This document shows, one piece after another, positions 8,701 through 17,053 of a stretch of DNA of 32,000 nucleotides. How positions within the stretch are numbered: position 1 is the stretch's first letter; each line of letters begins with the position of its first letter. This stretch comes from Candidatus Hermodarchaeota archaeon. GTDB taxonomy: Archaea; Asgardarchaeota; Heimdallarchaeia; Hodarchaeales; Hodarchaeaceae. Location of the stretch: the NCBI GenBank assembly GCA_048886185.1, contig JBHLKY010000011.1, positions 132,762-164,761 on the forward strand. Direction: 5' to 3'. A program made the translations under genes and the position numbers. The notes beneath the pieces were generated by a model that worked only from the letters and a program-made list of their open reading frames with translations, did not search any database and was not told the origin of the DNA.

Positions 8701-9306
8701 AGTTATATCATTTGGGAAGTCAAAATAAGCCGATCCAAACTCAAGCCAGCGATATTTACTATTATATACGGATTCACTGAAATTGAGAGAGAGAAGAGAA
8801 AAACTGTAGACATTACTATTATTACTTATTGATGGAGTGAACTGAGGGACTTTAAAATCATAATAAAAATTATAATGGCGGGAAATCCACTCACTTCCTT
8901 GCTCAGAGGAATTTACACTGGCATACACAAATAAGGAGATCCATGCCTCATAATCTAGAATTTCGGACATATTAATGAAAAAATACTCATTCAAAGTTAT
9001 AAAAGAGGTGTTTGTTGGATCAAATGACCATCGGTAGAAAATCTTGTTGTCTAATGACCCTGTTAAACGAAATAGTATCATTGTTCCATTGGTAATAGTA
9101 CTTGTATTCGTAGGTTCAAATATATCAATATTAACGGCATGAACGGCTGAGAATTTTCGCGATGTAAGCCCTTCAATTCGAATACAATTATCTGCATCAT
9201 ATTCGTTAACTGATATGATTTCTCTTGGTAAAATAAACAGAAGGAGGATAACAACAGGAATTAAACGAGAGATCAATCTGTAGATATTCATTTCTTTCTT
9301 CCTCAT
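5722..9306 (-). CDS. Large cell-surface protein with tandem Ig-like beta-sandwich modules, C-terminal TM anchor and charged cytoplasmic tail
   Basis: 1194 aa with an N-terminal signal-like hydrophobic segment. Recurring ~95-100 aa beta-rich modules are joined by D-x-x-P linkers (VDNTPI, IDSDDPV, FDNQPPV, VDGTPPQ, IDNTPI). Many N-x-S/T sequons. TM LLPLFLGIVGILVIIVIY, then a K/E-rich tail. Confidence 0.85.
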   Translation of the reverse strand: MRKKEMNIYRLISRLIPVVILLLFILPREIISVNEYDADNCIRIEGLTSRKFSAVHAVNIDIFEPTNTSTITNGTMILFRLTGSLDNKIFYRWSFDPTNTSFITLNEYFFINMSEILDYEAWISLFVYASVNSSEQGSEWISRHYNFYYDFKVPQFTPSISNNSNVYSFSLLSLNFSESVYNSKYRWLEFGSAYFDFPNDITSYDFYLDFPEGNYTLDLVLNDPIGNENHSILNYKILFTVQSDPENNSFIKGGSQITISLSDPYNVLYAWNDTGFSGVLDPAPPTEGDHFLHVKVEKSPGVWEIWNFTFTVDNTPIIILVNPSGGYVPPSTNLTITVDETPVTIWGIMAPFPLTINGTNPYWALLPDIYGIFNVTIYALDTAGNLASFSSLYEVSLSISWISPANNTIVNQDTSIYYYLNAEDWRTVLYNMDNTYNTTYLANIPSSSGIHSLRIYLEDNKRRWTSEYFQWWVKPLVTPFNAYNGSRIRSDLPINFSFGEIVPLVIYHWGNDSETSLPNVPSFITSLKDWSNKSALDTFLYIHVKGADDVWNNQTWHFIRDDSSISIDLYNTENNSVIHTPFQVHFSFNETPAELLYSWNGADNVSSFDTAMIVTLTLPQIIISNPQVVVLYVRDEVGNWNTQTYTFYTGTGIYELREENQSRIQGGNEVLVNLTLNPVQVGYQWFNHSDQSTLTTILWMIPAQYYSIPIPQVNSWSDLVLYYDLSDGIIINQTLMYFIDSDDPVILVLGTEFPYANVPLMNNGSILAISSTTKINISVNEDIALIKIQWNNNNLFFSQAGVINRSYLIDLEDLSTGLSHGNLTAFCTDLVGNNASYIWYFVFDNQPPVLLSINYADNSRIRPNSTLFLTFNESIHHYQASWALEGVRVINDSREINSAIITLFAPETDGSYSFFLTVYDASGNKRDLTYSYVVDGTPPQITVSLRNNSMQNSNTPLQLTISETISLNSFYQWNEENKTFFNVTSAQITLLPSEGQHVFTVYAEDLLGYNQSKRFLFIIDNTPIGRPRVSWPSGGFYSNDINYLRFYFDEKPVIVKSNWNNGTNQTLTIYSLPALKVGLASTTEEGNYYVVIDLPTAVFKTHKLILFIQDGAGNWAKYQFTYTKITSLTDLLPLFLGIVGILVIIVIYKREALLTKLGRKEEEKEEETDPSKPEKKIPVKKRQSGKMRKKGKNW

Positions 9307-9649
9307 GTAGAAATTTGGATCTATCTTAGCAATACTTAACGAAGATGTGGCTAGGGGAAATTAAATAATTGATAGGAGGAAATTTGACTTATAATGTCTG
9401 AATGGTTTTAACCTTTACCTTTAATTTTTTTTTTATAACTTTTTACTTTTTAAATCTATACAATAATTCGCGCGACCAAAGATGAGGGTGTGTCACTCCC
9501 AAGTTGCAGTCATTAAACATCCTGTTCGAGTAAGCCTCTTTGCTTTTAGATTAAGAAAATTACCTTCTCTTGTTAACAGTCTTTAAAACCTAGAGCTTCT
9601 CTAAAGTACTCACAGCTTCTACTTAATAAACTGTGGAGATGAGGCTTTT

Positions 9650-12577
9650 TTGGACACTTCATCCTTTGTAGAGGATCAAAATCAGAATATTTGGGAAAAC
9701 ATCCGTGATATTATTTTCACTCTTTCTCTTGATGGCATAATTACCTCGTGTACCCGAGAATTTGAAAATGTTACAGAATGGTCACGAGACGAATGGATTG
9801 GTAGATCCTTTCTAGAGATTGTTCACCCTGATGATACAGAAGGTGTTACCGAAGGTTTTGAGGCAACCCTCCGTGGGGAAACTGTTCCTCCATATGAGGC
9901 ACGGATCAAGACAAAATCAGGTGAGATTTTAACCTTAGAGGTCAAAGCTACTTCTCAAGTTTTCAATGGAAAAGTGATTGGATATTTGGGAATTGCAAGA
10001 GATATTACAGAACGAAAACAGGCTGAAGAGTTACTAAGGGCATCAGAGCAACAATATCGGAATATGATTAATTTTATGGGAGATGCCATTCATGTGATTG
10101 ATAAGCATTTCAATATATTATTAGCAAATCCTGCTTTTTCTAAATGGGTTAAAGAGCTAGATCTCAATTCCGAGATTGCAGGAAAGCCTCTTCATAAAGC
10201 CTTTACCTTCTTAGATGATCAAGTTATTGAAGAATATCGCTCTGTTTTCTCTTCTGGAGAAACTCTAGTTACAGAAGAGAAAACTATTATTAATGGAAAG
10301 ACACTTTTTACTGAAACTCGGAAAATCCCCATCATTCGACATAACGAAGTTGTACAAATCATTACTATTATTCGAAACATTACAGAGCGTAAAAAAATAG
10401 AGAATCAACTAATAGAAAGTGAGGAAAAATATCGAGAGCTAATTAGTAATCTCACAGACGTTGTTTCAGAGGTTGATTCTGAGGGGAATTTTATTTTTGT
10501 CAGTCCACAGGTGTTTGATTCATTTGGTTATTATCCTGATGAATTGATTGGCAAAAATAGCATTGATTTCATCCACTCTGATGATATAGAATCTAGTTTA
10601 GCATTTTTAGAGGAAATTTTGGCAGAAAAACGAATACTAAACTATGAATTTAGAATTAAAAACAAGAAAGGGGATTATGTTCCTATAGCTGCCTCTGGAA
10701 GAGCTGTGGATCATAATGGCAATTTAAGACTGATTTTTGTACTTAGAGATATTACAGAGCGAAAAAAAATGGAGACAGCACTTCACGAAGGGGAAGAAAG
10801 GTTGAGGGGATTCATGGAGGGGGCAACCGACTCCTTTGCCCTCTGGGATTCAGAATTAAATCTAGTAGATGTGAATAAGACTGCATTAACGGCATTCGGG
10901 TTTGTAAAAAAAGATATCCTCGGAAAAAATATCACAGAATTTCACACTAATCCAAAGGATATTAAAAACTACAAAAAGGTTTTAGAATCAGGTAATCCTT
11001 TTATTGCTGATATAATCGCTTCTCCTCAAAAGTATGGGAACTTAATCTTATCTGTGAAAGCATTTAAAGTAGGAGATGGTCTAGGAATAATTGCTACTGA
11101 CATTACTGAACGGAAAAGGGCTGAAGACGAATTATTAAAAACTAAAATGAGATTAGAGTATTTACTTAAAGAAAATCCTGCAGTGATATATTCCTGTAGT
11201 TTAGATGGTCATTTTGAAACTACATTTATGAGTGAGAACATCAAGGAGATATTAGGACATCGGGTGGAGGATTTTATTCATAATCCAGAATTTTGGGAAG
11301 CTAATCTACATCCTGATGATAGAAACAAAGTTCTCTCCACTTTTAAGGAAATAAAGAATAAAGGATCTTACAGTGATGCGTATAGGTTCAAACATAAAGA
11401 TGGCTCTTATCGCTGGATGTTGGAAGAAGCAAACCTGACTAATGATAGCAATGGAAATCCTTTAGAAGTTATTGGTTATTGGACTGATATTACTGAACGG
11501 AAAATAGTAGAAGAGGATTTACGAGCAAGTGAAGGAAAATTTAGATCAATCTTTGAGAATGCACCTATTGGTATGGCCTTAATAGATCTAGATTTCGGTT
11601 TCAGTAAACAAAATACCGCTTTCTGTCAAATGACTGGATATTCAGCAAAAGACCTCACCCAACTGTCGCTTCATGATATTATACATCCTGATTATCGAGA
11701 GAAAACTGAAAAACTAGCCAAAAGAATATATGGTAAGAACTCAACAATTCAAACTGAAAGAAGATATGTTAAGAAAAATGGAGACGAATTTTGGGGTCGC
11801 ACCACTAGTACTCTTCTTCGAGAAGACCATCGGGATGCTATCTTCTTTATCCTAATGGTTGAAGATATTACCAGAATTAAACAATCAGAAGAATTAATGA
11901 AAAGGCAGTTGATAAAATACCAAGTCGAAGATGGGAATATCTACCTCGTAAAAGAGAATACACCTATATTATCTCAAACAGTCTTCAAAGAACTTCTTAA
12001 AGCAGGATATAGGGGAGTGATATTTTCTAGATCTCCTAAAAGAGATTACTCCACCCACATAGAAGTAGAATTTACTTATCATCGTATAAATGAGGAGAGT
12101 AAAATTGAAGATCTAATGGAGAACTTAGAAGACACATCGAATAAGAGTGTTATTCTAATTGACAGAATTGAATATCTTGTCACTAGTAAAGGTTTTAATC
12201 AGACAATACAATTCATTTACAGACTAGGTGATATTGTTTATCTCAAGTCTTCAATAGCTATTCTTGTTTCAGATACCTTGGCTTTATCAAAGAAAGAACT
12301 CCGTATTCTAGAGAAAGAAACTAAAGAAATCGAACTTAGGTCACTTGCAGCCCTTTCAGAAGAAAATCTTGAAGTCATGAGGTTAATCTATCAAAAAAAT
12401 AATCTGGGTATTAAACCATCATATTCAGATATTGGTAAAGAATTAAATATAAGCAGACCTACAACAAGAAGAAGAATAAAAAAGTTACTGGCTACTGGCT
12501 ATTTGATTGATCATAAAAAAGGGAATAGCAAGGTTTTAGAATGCACAGATAAAGGCAGATTGTTATTTCTCAAGTAA
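9650..12577 (+). CDS. Multi-PAS sensor (six PAS/PAC) fused to DUF835 and a C-terminal winged HTH; TTG start
   Basis: Six PAS-PAC units each end in (D/N)ITE/R-R/I-K. Then a DUF835-like segment (YQVEDGNIYLVKE...SVILIDRIEYLV...ELRILEKE) and a wHTH (PSYSDIGKELNISRPTTRRRIKKLLATGYL). SD-like GGAG/GAGG upstream. No HisKA or HATPase motifs. Confidence 0.88.
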   Translation: MDTSSFVEDQNQNIWENIRDIIFTLSLDGIITSCTREFENVTEWSRDEWIGRSFLEIVHPDDTEGVTEGFEATLRGETVPPYEARIKTKSGEILTLEVKATSQVFNGKVIGYLGIARDITERKQAEELLRASEQQYRNMINFMGDAIHVIDKHFNILLANPAFSKWVKELDLNSEIAGKPLHKAFTFLDDQVIEEYRSVFSSGETLVTEEKTIINGKTLFTETRKIPIIRHNEVVQIITIIRNITERKKIENQLIESEEKYRELISNLTDVVSEVDSEGNFIFVSPQVFDSFGYYPDELIGKNSIDFIHSDDIESSLAFLEEILAEKRILNYEFRIKNKKGDYVPIAASGRAVDHNGNLRLIFVLRDITERKKMETALHEGEERLRGFMEGATDSFALWDSELNLVDVNKTALTAFGFVKKDILGKNITEFHTNPKDIKNYKKVLESGNPFIADIIASPQKYGNLILSVKAFKVGDGLGIIATDITERKRAEDELLKTKMRLEYLLKENPAVIYSCSLDGHFETTFMSENIKEILGHRVEDFIHNPEFWEANLHPDDRNKVLSTFKEIKNKGSYSDAYRFKHKDGSYRWMLEEANLTNDSNGNPLEVIGYWTDITERKIVEEDLRASEGKFRSIFENAPIGMALIDLDFGFSKQNTAFCQMTGYSAKDLTQLSLHDIIHPDYREKTEKLAKRIYGKNSTIQTERRYVKKNGDEFWGRTTSTLLREDHRDAIFFILMVEDITRIKQSEELMKRQLIKYQVEDGNIYLVKENTPILSQTVFKELLKAGYRGVIFSRSPKRDYSTHIEVEFTYHRINEESKIEDLMENLEDTSNKSVILIDRIEYLVTSKGFNQTIQFIYRLGDIVYLKSSIAILVSDTLALSKKELRILEKETKEIELRSLAALSEENLEVMRLIYQKNNLGIKPSYSDIGKELNISRPTTRRRIKKLLATGYLIDHKKGNSKVLECTDKGRLLFLK

Positions 12578-12613
12578 ATCTCTTTTAGCTGATTATATTG
12601 AAGATCAGAGGCA

Positions 12614-13231
12614 TTATTCAATTGGTTGTCGAATAATAGTTTTAAGTTTCTCGGGTTTTGTTCTCCGAGGATCAGAGAGATATATTTCATGATGTTTTCC
12701 TCTAAGTTTGTAGCCTCGATTCTTGATAAAATTATGCATTTGTTCGATAGTTGGCCCCTCTTCAGAATACGCCCCAAAGTACATAATTTGAGCTGATAAC
12801 CCCTCATTATAAGTCTCGAAACGAACTTTAGAGATCGCTGGAGGATTTTTCTTCTTTGTTACTTCTTCAATGGCTTCATCAATCATTTCTCGAGTGATGA
12901 AATCTGGCTGCATAATCATAGAGGTCCATAACCACTCCTCTTTTCTTTCCATGAATGCCACTGTAAAAACAAACATATCTTTAGCCCACCATAAACCTTC
13001 AAGGGGCATGACGACGTAATCCTTTCCATATTTCTTCATCATAAATTTTACAGTATAAGAAAGAGGGTATAGGGTCATCATTGCATCTTGGTATTCTTGT
13101 GATGTCCCAGGATATCCTTGTCCATCTATCATGAGAAATTGCAAGGGAGGTACATCCACAATTGAAAATTCTTTTGCTGAAACTCCAGAATAGAAATCCT
13201 TTAGCTCTTTTTTGAGATCTACCTTTCTCAT
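12614..13231 (-). CDS. GyrI-like small-molecule-binding domain protein
   Basis: KVDLKKELKDFY, FLMIDGQGYP, VMPLEGLWW, WTSMIMQPDFIT, HHEIYLSDPRRTKPEKLKTIIRQP is the familiar GyrI-like family pattern. SD AGGAG upstream. Confidence 0.9.
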   Translation of the reverse strand: MRKVDLKKELKDFYSGVSAKEFSIVDVPPLQFLMIDGQGYPGTSQEYQDAMMTLYPLSYTVKFMMKKYGKDYVVMPLEGLWWAKDMFVFTVAFMERKEEWLWTSMIMQPDFITREMIDEAIEEVTKKKNPPAISKVRFETYNEGLSAQIMYFGAYSEEGPTIEQMHNFIKNRGYKLRGKHHEIYLSDPRRTKPEKLKTIIRQPIE

Positions 13232-13417
13232 GTTAACAAATCTCCTTTTCCCAGTAGTCGCTTGGTTGTGGTTTAAATGTATCCTTTTATTCTAGCTTCA
13301 TGATACAAGTAATGTTTAGTTAAAGCAAGGAAAATATCTAAGAATAGTATCGATCTTGTAATTGATATGTATAAGACACCCCATTCTCAAACTAGAGTAT
13401 TTTATAGGTAAATCCAG

Positions 13418-15160
13418 ATGAATGAAAGCGATTCTATCAATGAAGCATTACCTACTTCTGGACATTTACCAATGTATATCATGCATAAATTCTTTGCTCG
13501 AAAACAGGAGGATGTTATAAGAGAATATATTCAAACTTATTCTAAGGAAAGAGAGATAGTTCTTGATCCTTTTTGCGGTAGTGGAGTGATGATTGGGGAA
13601 TCCCTCCGATTAGGCCGAAAAGCAATTGGAGTTGACATAAATCCAGTATCAATATTTATTACAAGAAACACTATAAATAAAACCTCAAGTATAGAAAGAA
13701 TTTTTGAGGAGTTCAAACAAATAGAAGTGGAGATTAAACAGGATATCAACAAGTTATATCAAACAGCTTGCCGAAAGTGTGGAGAAAGAGTATTTGCTAT
13801 ATGCTTCACATGGCAAAAAAGAGAGTTAGTAGATGTTCGGTATGAATGCTCTCACCATGGTAAACTAATTGACCCAGTGAATGATGAAGATTTACAAATT
13901 CTCAAACTGATTGAGGAAGGCGCGGTTTCAGAGTTTTTTTATGACACTGGGAAATGTCGATATTGGTATCCCAGACAGAAGCTTTACTATAGTGATGGCA
14001 CTCCTTTTCTCAAAAAAGAAAGATTTAATGCGATTGATGATATGTTTACGAAAAGAAATCTCATCGCTCTTGCTAAATTACTCAATAGAATAAACAAAAT
14101 TACTGACTGCAAACTTAGAGAAGCTTATAGGTTCGCTTTTTCCTCAATTACACATCTTGCATCAAAAATGACACCAGTAAGGCCCTCACGCCCTTTTAGT
14201 TCAGCTTGGGTCCAACAGAGCTATTGGTATGTTACAAATAACATGGAATCTAATGTTTGGAAGTTATTTGAAAGCGCCATCATTAAACGTCAAGGATTAA
14301 TCAAAGCAAAGGAAAATCTTCCGCGTAGTTTTGAGCAGAAACGAGAAACAACAAATTTTGATGAACTAATGGAGGAAAATGATTATGTTTACATGTTATT
14401 ACAATCCTCGATTAATGATTTGGCAGAAATACCCAAAAGAAGTGTAGATTGTGTGATTACTGATCCACCATATGGACATTCAATCCAATATGGCGAATTA
14501 CTTTACATGTGGGGGTGCTGGCTACAATTAATGGATAATTTTGATGAGATTGCTGGAGGAGAGATTGTTGCGAATCCTAGACAAAAGAAGGACGATATAA
14601 GATACGAACAAATGCTGAAAAGAGCCTTTAAGAAAATTTTTCAGCTGTTAAAACCTGAAGGATATTGTATAGTTACTTTCCATAATCCTAGCTTGAAATA
14701 TCGGAATATTCTATTTAGATCAGTGATGTTGTCGGGATTTGAGTTTGAAAAGATTGTCTATCAACCACCCCCGAGAGCCTCTGCAAAGAGTCTTCTTCAA
14801 CCTTATGGTTCACAGAGAGGAGATTACTTTTTTAGATTTAGGAAACCGAAGAAGAATTCAAAATTTTCCTACAGCCCTGTCACTATAAATAAAGTTGAGG
14901 AGCTAATAGTAAACATCGCAAAGCAGATTATAATGGATAGAGGGAAGCCAATCCACAACACTGAGATCCAAAACTTGTTAGATCCAATTTTATATGAAAA
15001 TTTGAGAAAAATGAACCTTTTAATGGAATTTAATCCCGAAAGTATTGAAAAAGTGTTGAAAAAGTATGAGGGAAAGGTGTTTGAATTAGTAGACATAGAG
15101 TTTAGAATGGGAAATCAAAAACTTCGAGGAAAGGGTTGGTGGGTAAATATTCCTCGTTAA
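13418..15160 (+). CDS. Amino-DNA (N6A/N4C) methyltransferase with Zn-ribbon-like insert (COG1743-like, alpha motif order)
   Basis: SAM-binding motif I VLDPFCGSG near the N-terminus, CRKCG...YECSHHG putative metal ligands, and catalytic motif IV ITDPPY in the C-terminal half. Confidence 0.9.
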   Translation: MNESDSINEALPTSGHLPMYIMHKFFARKQEDVIREYIQTYSKEREIVLDPFCGSGVMIGESLRLGRKAIGVDINPVSIFITRNTINKTSSIERIFEEFKQIEVEIKQDINKLYQTACRKCGERVFAICFTWQKRELVDVRYECSHHGKLIDPVNDEDLQILKLIEEGAVSEFFYDTGKCRYWYPRQKLYYSDGTPFLKKERFNAIDDMFTKRNLIALAKLLNRINKITDCKLREAYRFAFSSITHLASKMTPVRPSRPFSSAWVQQSYWYVTNNMESNVWKLFESAIIKRQGLIKAKENLPRSFEQKRETTNFDELMEENDYVYMLLQSSINDLAEIPKRSVDCVITDPPYGHSIQYGELLYMWGCWLQLMDNFDEIAGGEIVANPRQKKDDIRYEQMLKRAFKKIFQLLKPEGYCIVTFHNPSLKYRNILFRSVMLSGFEFEKIVYQPPPRASAKSLLQPYGSQRGDYFFRFRKPKKNSKFSYSPVTINKVEELIVNIAKQIIMDRGKPIHNTEIQNLLDPILYENLRKMNLLMEFNPESIEKVLKKYEGKVFELVDIEFRMGNQKLRGKGWWVNIPR

Positions 15161-15164
15161 GAAC

Positions 15165-15194
15165 GAAGAAATAGATAGACACTATTATTTCTTC
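15165..15194 (+). terminator. Hairpin immediately after the methyltransferase stop
   Basis: GAAGAAATA (15165-15173) / TATTTCTTC (15186-15194) is a perfect 9-bp inverted repeat, followed by a pyrimidine-rich tract. Confidence 0.55.
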
Positions 15195-15354
15195 AAACTA
15201 TACTTTTCCTGATTCTTAAATATTATTTTAAATTTAAAAATTTAAATCACTTCAAAATTTATAAGGAGTATATAAAGATCCATAACTTTAAATATATTGG
15301 AGGAACTAATTTTATTGCTTTTATAAGCTCATTAATATTCGGAGAGTTGGGTTT

Positions 15355-16185
15355 ATGGAAAATCCCAACAAGCAAATTGAACAACAATTTGAGACAAATC
15401 AGTCTCCAGATGATCATCAAGTGTCATGTGAGCAGTATGGAACTTGGTTTTTAGGGTCTCTCATGCGGGAAAAAAATACCTCATGGTTTCCAACCTACAA
15501 TAGACTATCCACGTTACATAATCGGATTACCCAGGAAGAAACCAATTTTAATGATCAATTACAAATTAACATGCGATTAGCCTCTCAATTGAGTGAATTC
15601 TTTCCCCAGAAATGGCTATTAGAAATCACAATGGTTTTCAAAAAACGAGATATCATTAAACTTAGAATTAAATCATATAAAGATAGAGTATGTTTTTATT
15701 TAGGATATATCGAATTGTATTTGACTTTCCGAGGGTTAACTCTCTTGGATTCTACCCTAACGGAAATTAATGAATATCTAGGTGTCAATATTACTAAAAA
15801 TGAAATTCGTACTTGGAAGATAAAGCTCATACAAATTATTCCAGGATTACAAGCACAATGGATTAAAATTCGAACAAAAAATCACCAAACTGCATTAATT
15901 TCTACTATTGTTCAAGTCATGAATCGTGAATTAAGATTTAAACAATGTTCAAAAGAACAAATCTTTATGGTTAAACAGCAGGCATTAATGCTTGGAAAGA
16001 AGTTTGTCACAACTGAGAAAGCACGGTATGTTAAGAAACCAGAAGTTTGGGCCCGAGCCATTTGTACGAAGGCGTTACATGAAACCTTACCTAGTTATCA
16101 GTCTAATGCTTTTCCTGATTTAACTTTCAATACTCGTAAAGTAATAGAAAACAAACGATGGCAATTGGATCAACTTCTTGATTAG
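15355..16185 (+). CDS. Divergent TFB/TFIIB-like cyclin-fold protein (putative)
   Basis: 276 aa. By-eye similarity to TFB: RLSTLHNRI...MRLASQL (B-linker to helix 1), TLTEINEYLGVNITKNEIRT (repeat-1 end), KKPEVWARAI (GRxP-like turn) and C-terminal IENKRWQLDQLLD. The Zn ribbon is reduced to VSCEQYG. Confidence 0.6.
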   Translation: MENPNKQIEQQFETNQSPDDHQVSCEQYGTWFLGSLMREKNTSWFPTYNRLSTLHNRITQEETNFNDQLQINMRLASQLSEFFPQKWLLEITMVFKKRDIIKLRIKSYKDRVCFYLGYIELYLTFRGLTLLDSTLTEINEYLGVNITKNEIRTWKIKLIQIIPGLQAQWIKIRTKNHQTALISTIVQVMNRELRFKQCSKEQIFMVKQQALMLGKKFVTTEKARYVKKPEVWARAICTKALHETLPSYQSNAFPDLTFNTRKVIENKRWQLDQLLD

Positions 16186-16440
16186 CTTAATGAGACATCT
16201 TGTAACTCTTGGCTTAATTCAAACAGATGAATCAGTAAAAATTTGTTTTTGCTAAGAATAATTAATCCTACATTACCTCGAATTATAGGCTCGAAAATTT
16301 TATATTTGATCTTTTTCGTTAATATTTTGTTTTAAATTCATCTCACCCTGAGAATAGGAGTAACATTCATCAGCTTTTATTTTAATTGTATTGGAGTTTT
16401 CTCACGATTCTTAGAGGATTATTTCTTTGGTTGGAGAAAT

Positions 16441-16989
16441 ATGATCGATGATTTAGTTCAAAGACATAAAAAACCTGAATCTTTGGAAATTGACACTTTA
16501 ATTTTAAAGCTAGATCATGTTGCCTATAGAGTGAAAAAAGGAGAGCGAATGAGATTTATCGATGAACTTACTAATATGGTACCATATCAGGAGTTTAAAA
16601 ACTTCAAAGTGATTAATGCAAACGCCATTACTACTTGTGTCCAATTACATAACACGCTTCCCGTAATTGTAGTCTCTGAAGGGATCACTGATGACTCTGT
16701 CGTAGAGCGCTATTGTCAAAAATACGGTTCTAGAGTCCATCATTTGGCTTATTTAGTTAAAAACATCAGAAGAGTCGTAGAGGTTCAAAAACAGAGAGGA
16801 GTTACATTTACAACAGTAGACATCATTGGTAGCGAGAGAGAGGGGATTTTACAAATCTTTACAACTCCAACAGAGACAACTAACCATATAATCGAATATA
16901 TTCAAAGATTTGGTGATTTTGACGGATTTTTCACGCCATCCAATATTTCAGAATTGATGAAATCTACTGAAAAGTTGGGAGAAGCCTAG
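16441..16989 (+). CDS. VOC/glyoxalase-superfamily metalloenzyme resembling the C-terminal catalytic domain of 4-hydroxyphenylpyruvate dioxygenase
   Basis: LDHVAY, VHHLAY, GILQIFT, IIEYIQRFGDFDGF...NISELMKS give the His/His/Glu triad and HPPD C-terminal motifs. SD GGAG precedes the ATG. Confidence 0.8.
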   Translation: MIDDLVQRHKKPESLEIDTLILKLDHVAYRVKKGERMRFIDELTNMVPYQEFKNFKVINANAITTCVQLHNTLPVIVVSEGITDDSVVERYCQKYGSRVHHLAYLVKNIRRVVEVQKQRGVTFTTVDIIGSEREGILQIFTTPTETTNHIIEYIQRFGDFDGFFTPSNISELMKSTEKLGEA

Positions 16990-17053
16990 AGAAACAAAGT
17001 AACCGATTCTATCTATACAAGTACTTCTTATCTTGGTGGATAGTTAAGATCTA

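Noticed and set aside
9521-9540. GTTCGAG resembling a tRNA T-loop
   Set aside because: Flanks cannot form a 5-bp T-stem, and there is no acceptor or D arm, so it is not a tRNA.
10000-11510. Recurrent GATATTAC(A/T)GA(A/G)CG(A/G)AAA motif as a possible repeat array or CRISPR
   Set aside because: It encodes the DITERK end of each PAS-PAC unit at ~350-390 bp spacing, so it is a protein-level repeat.
13418-16185. Methyltransferase plus downstream ORF as a Type II R-M pair
   Set aside because: The downstream ORF shows TFB-like rather than nuclease motifs and is separated by a terminator-like hairpin and an AT-rich promoter region. Not excluded without a fold search.
16183-17050. TAG stops of the TFB-like and VOC genes as pyrrolysine read-through candidates
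   Set aside because: Downstream frames close within about 15-20 codons, the proteins already appear complete, and there are no pyl genes in the window.
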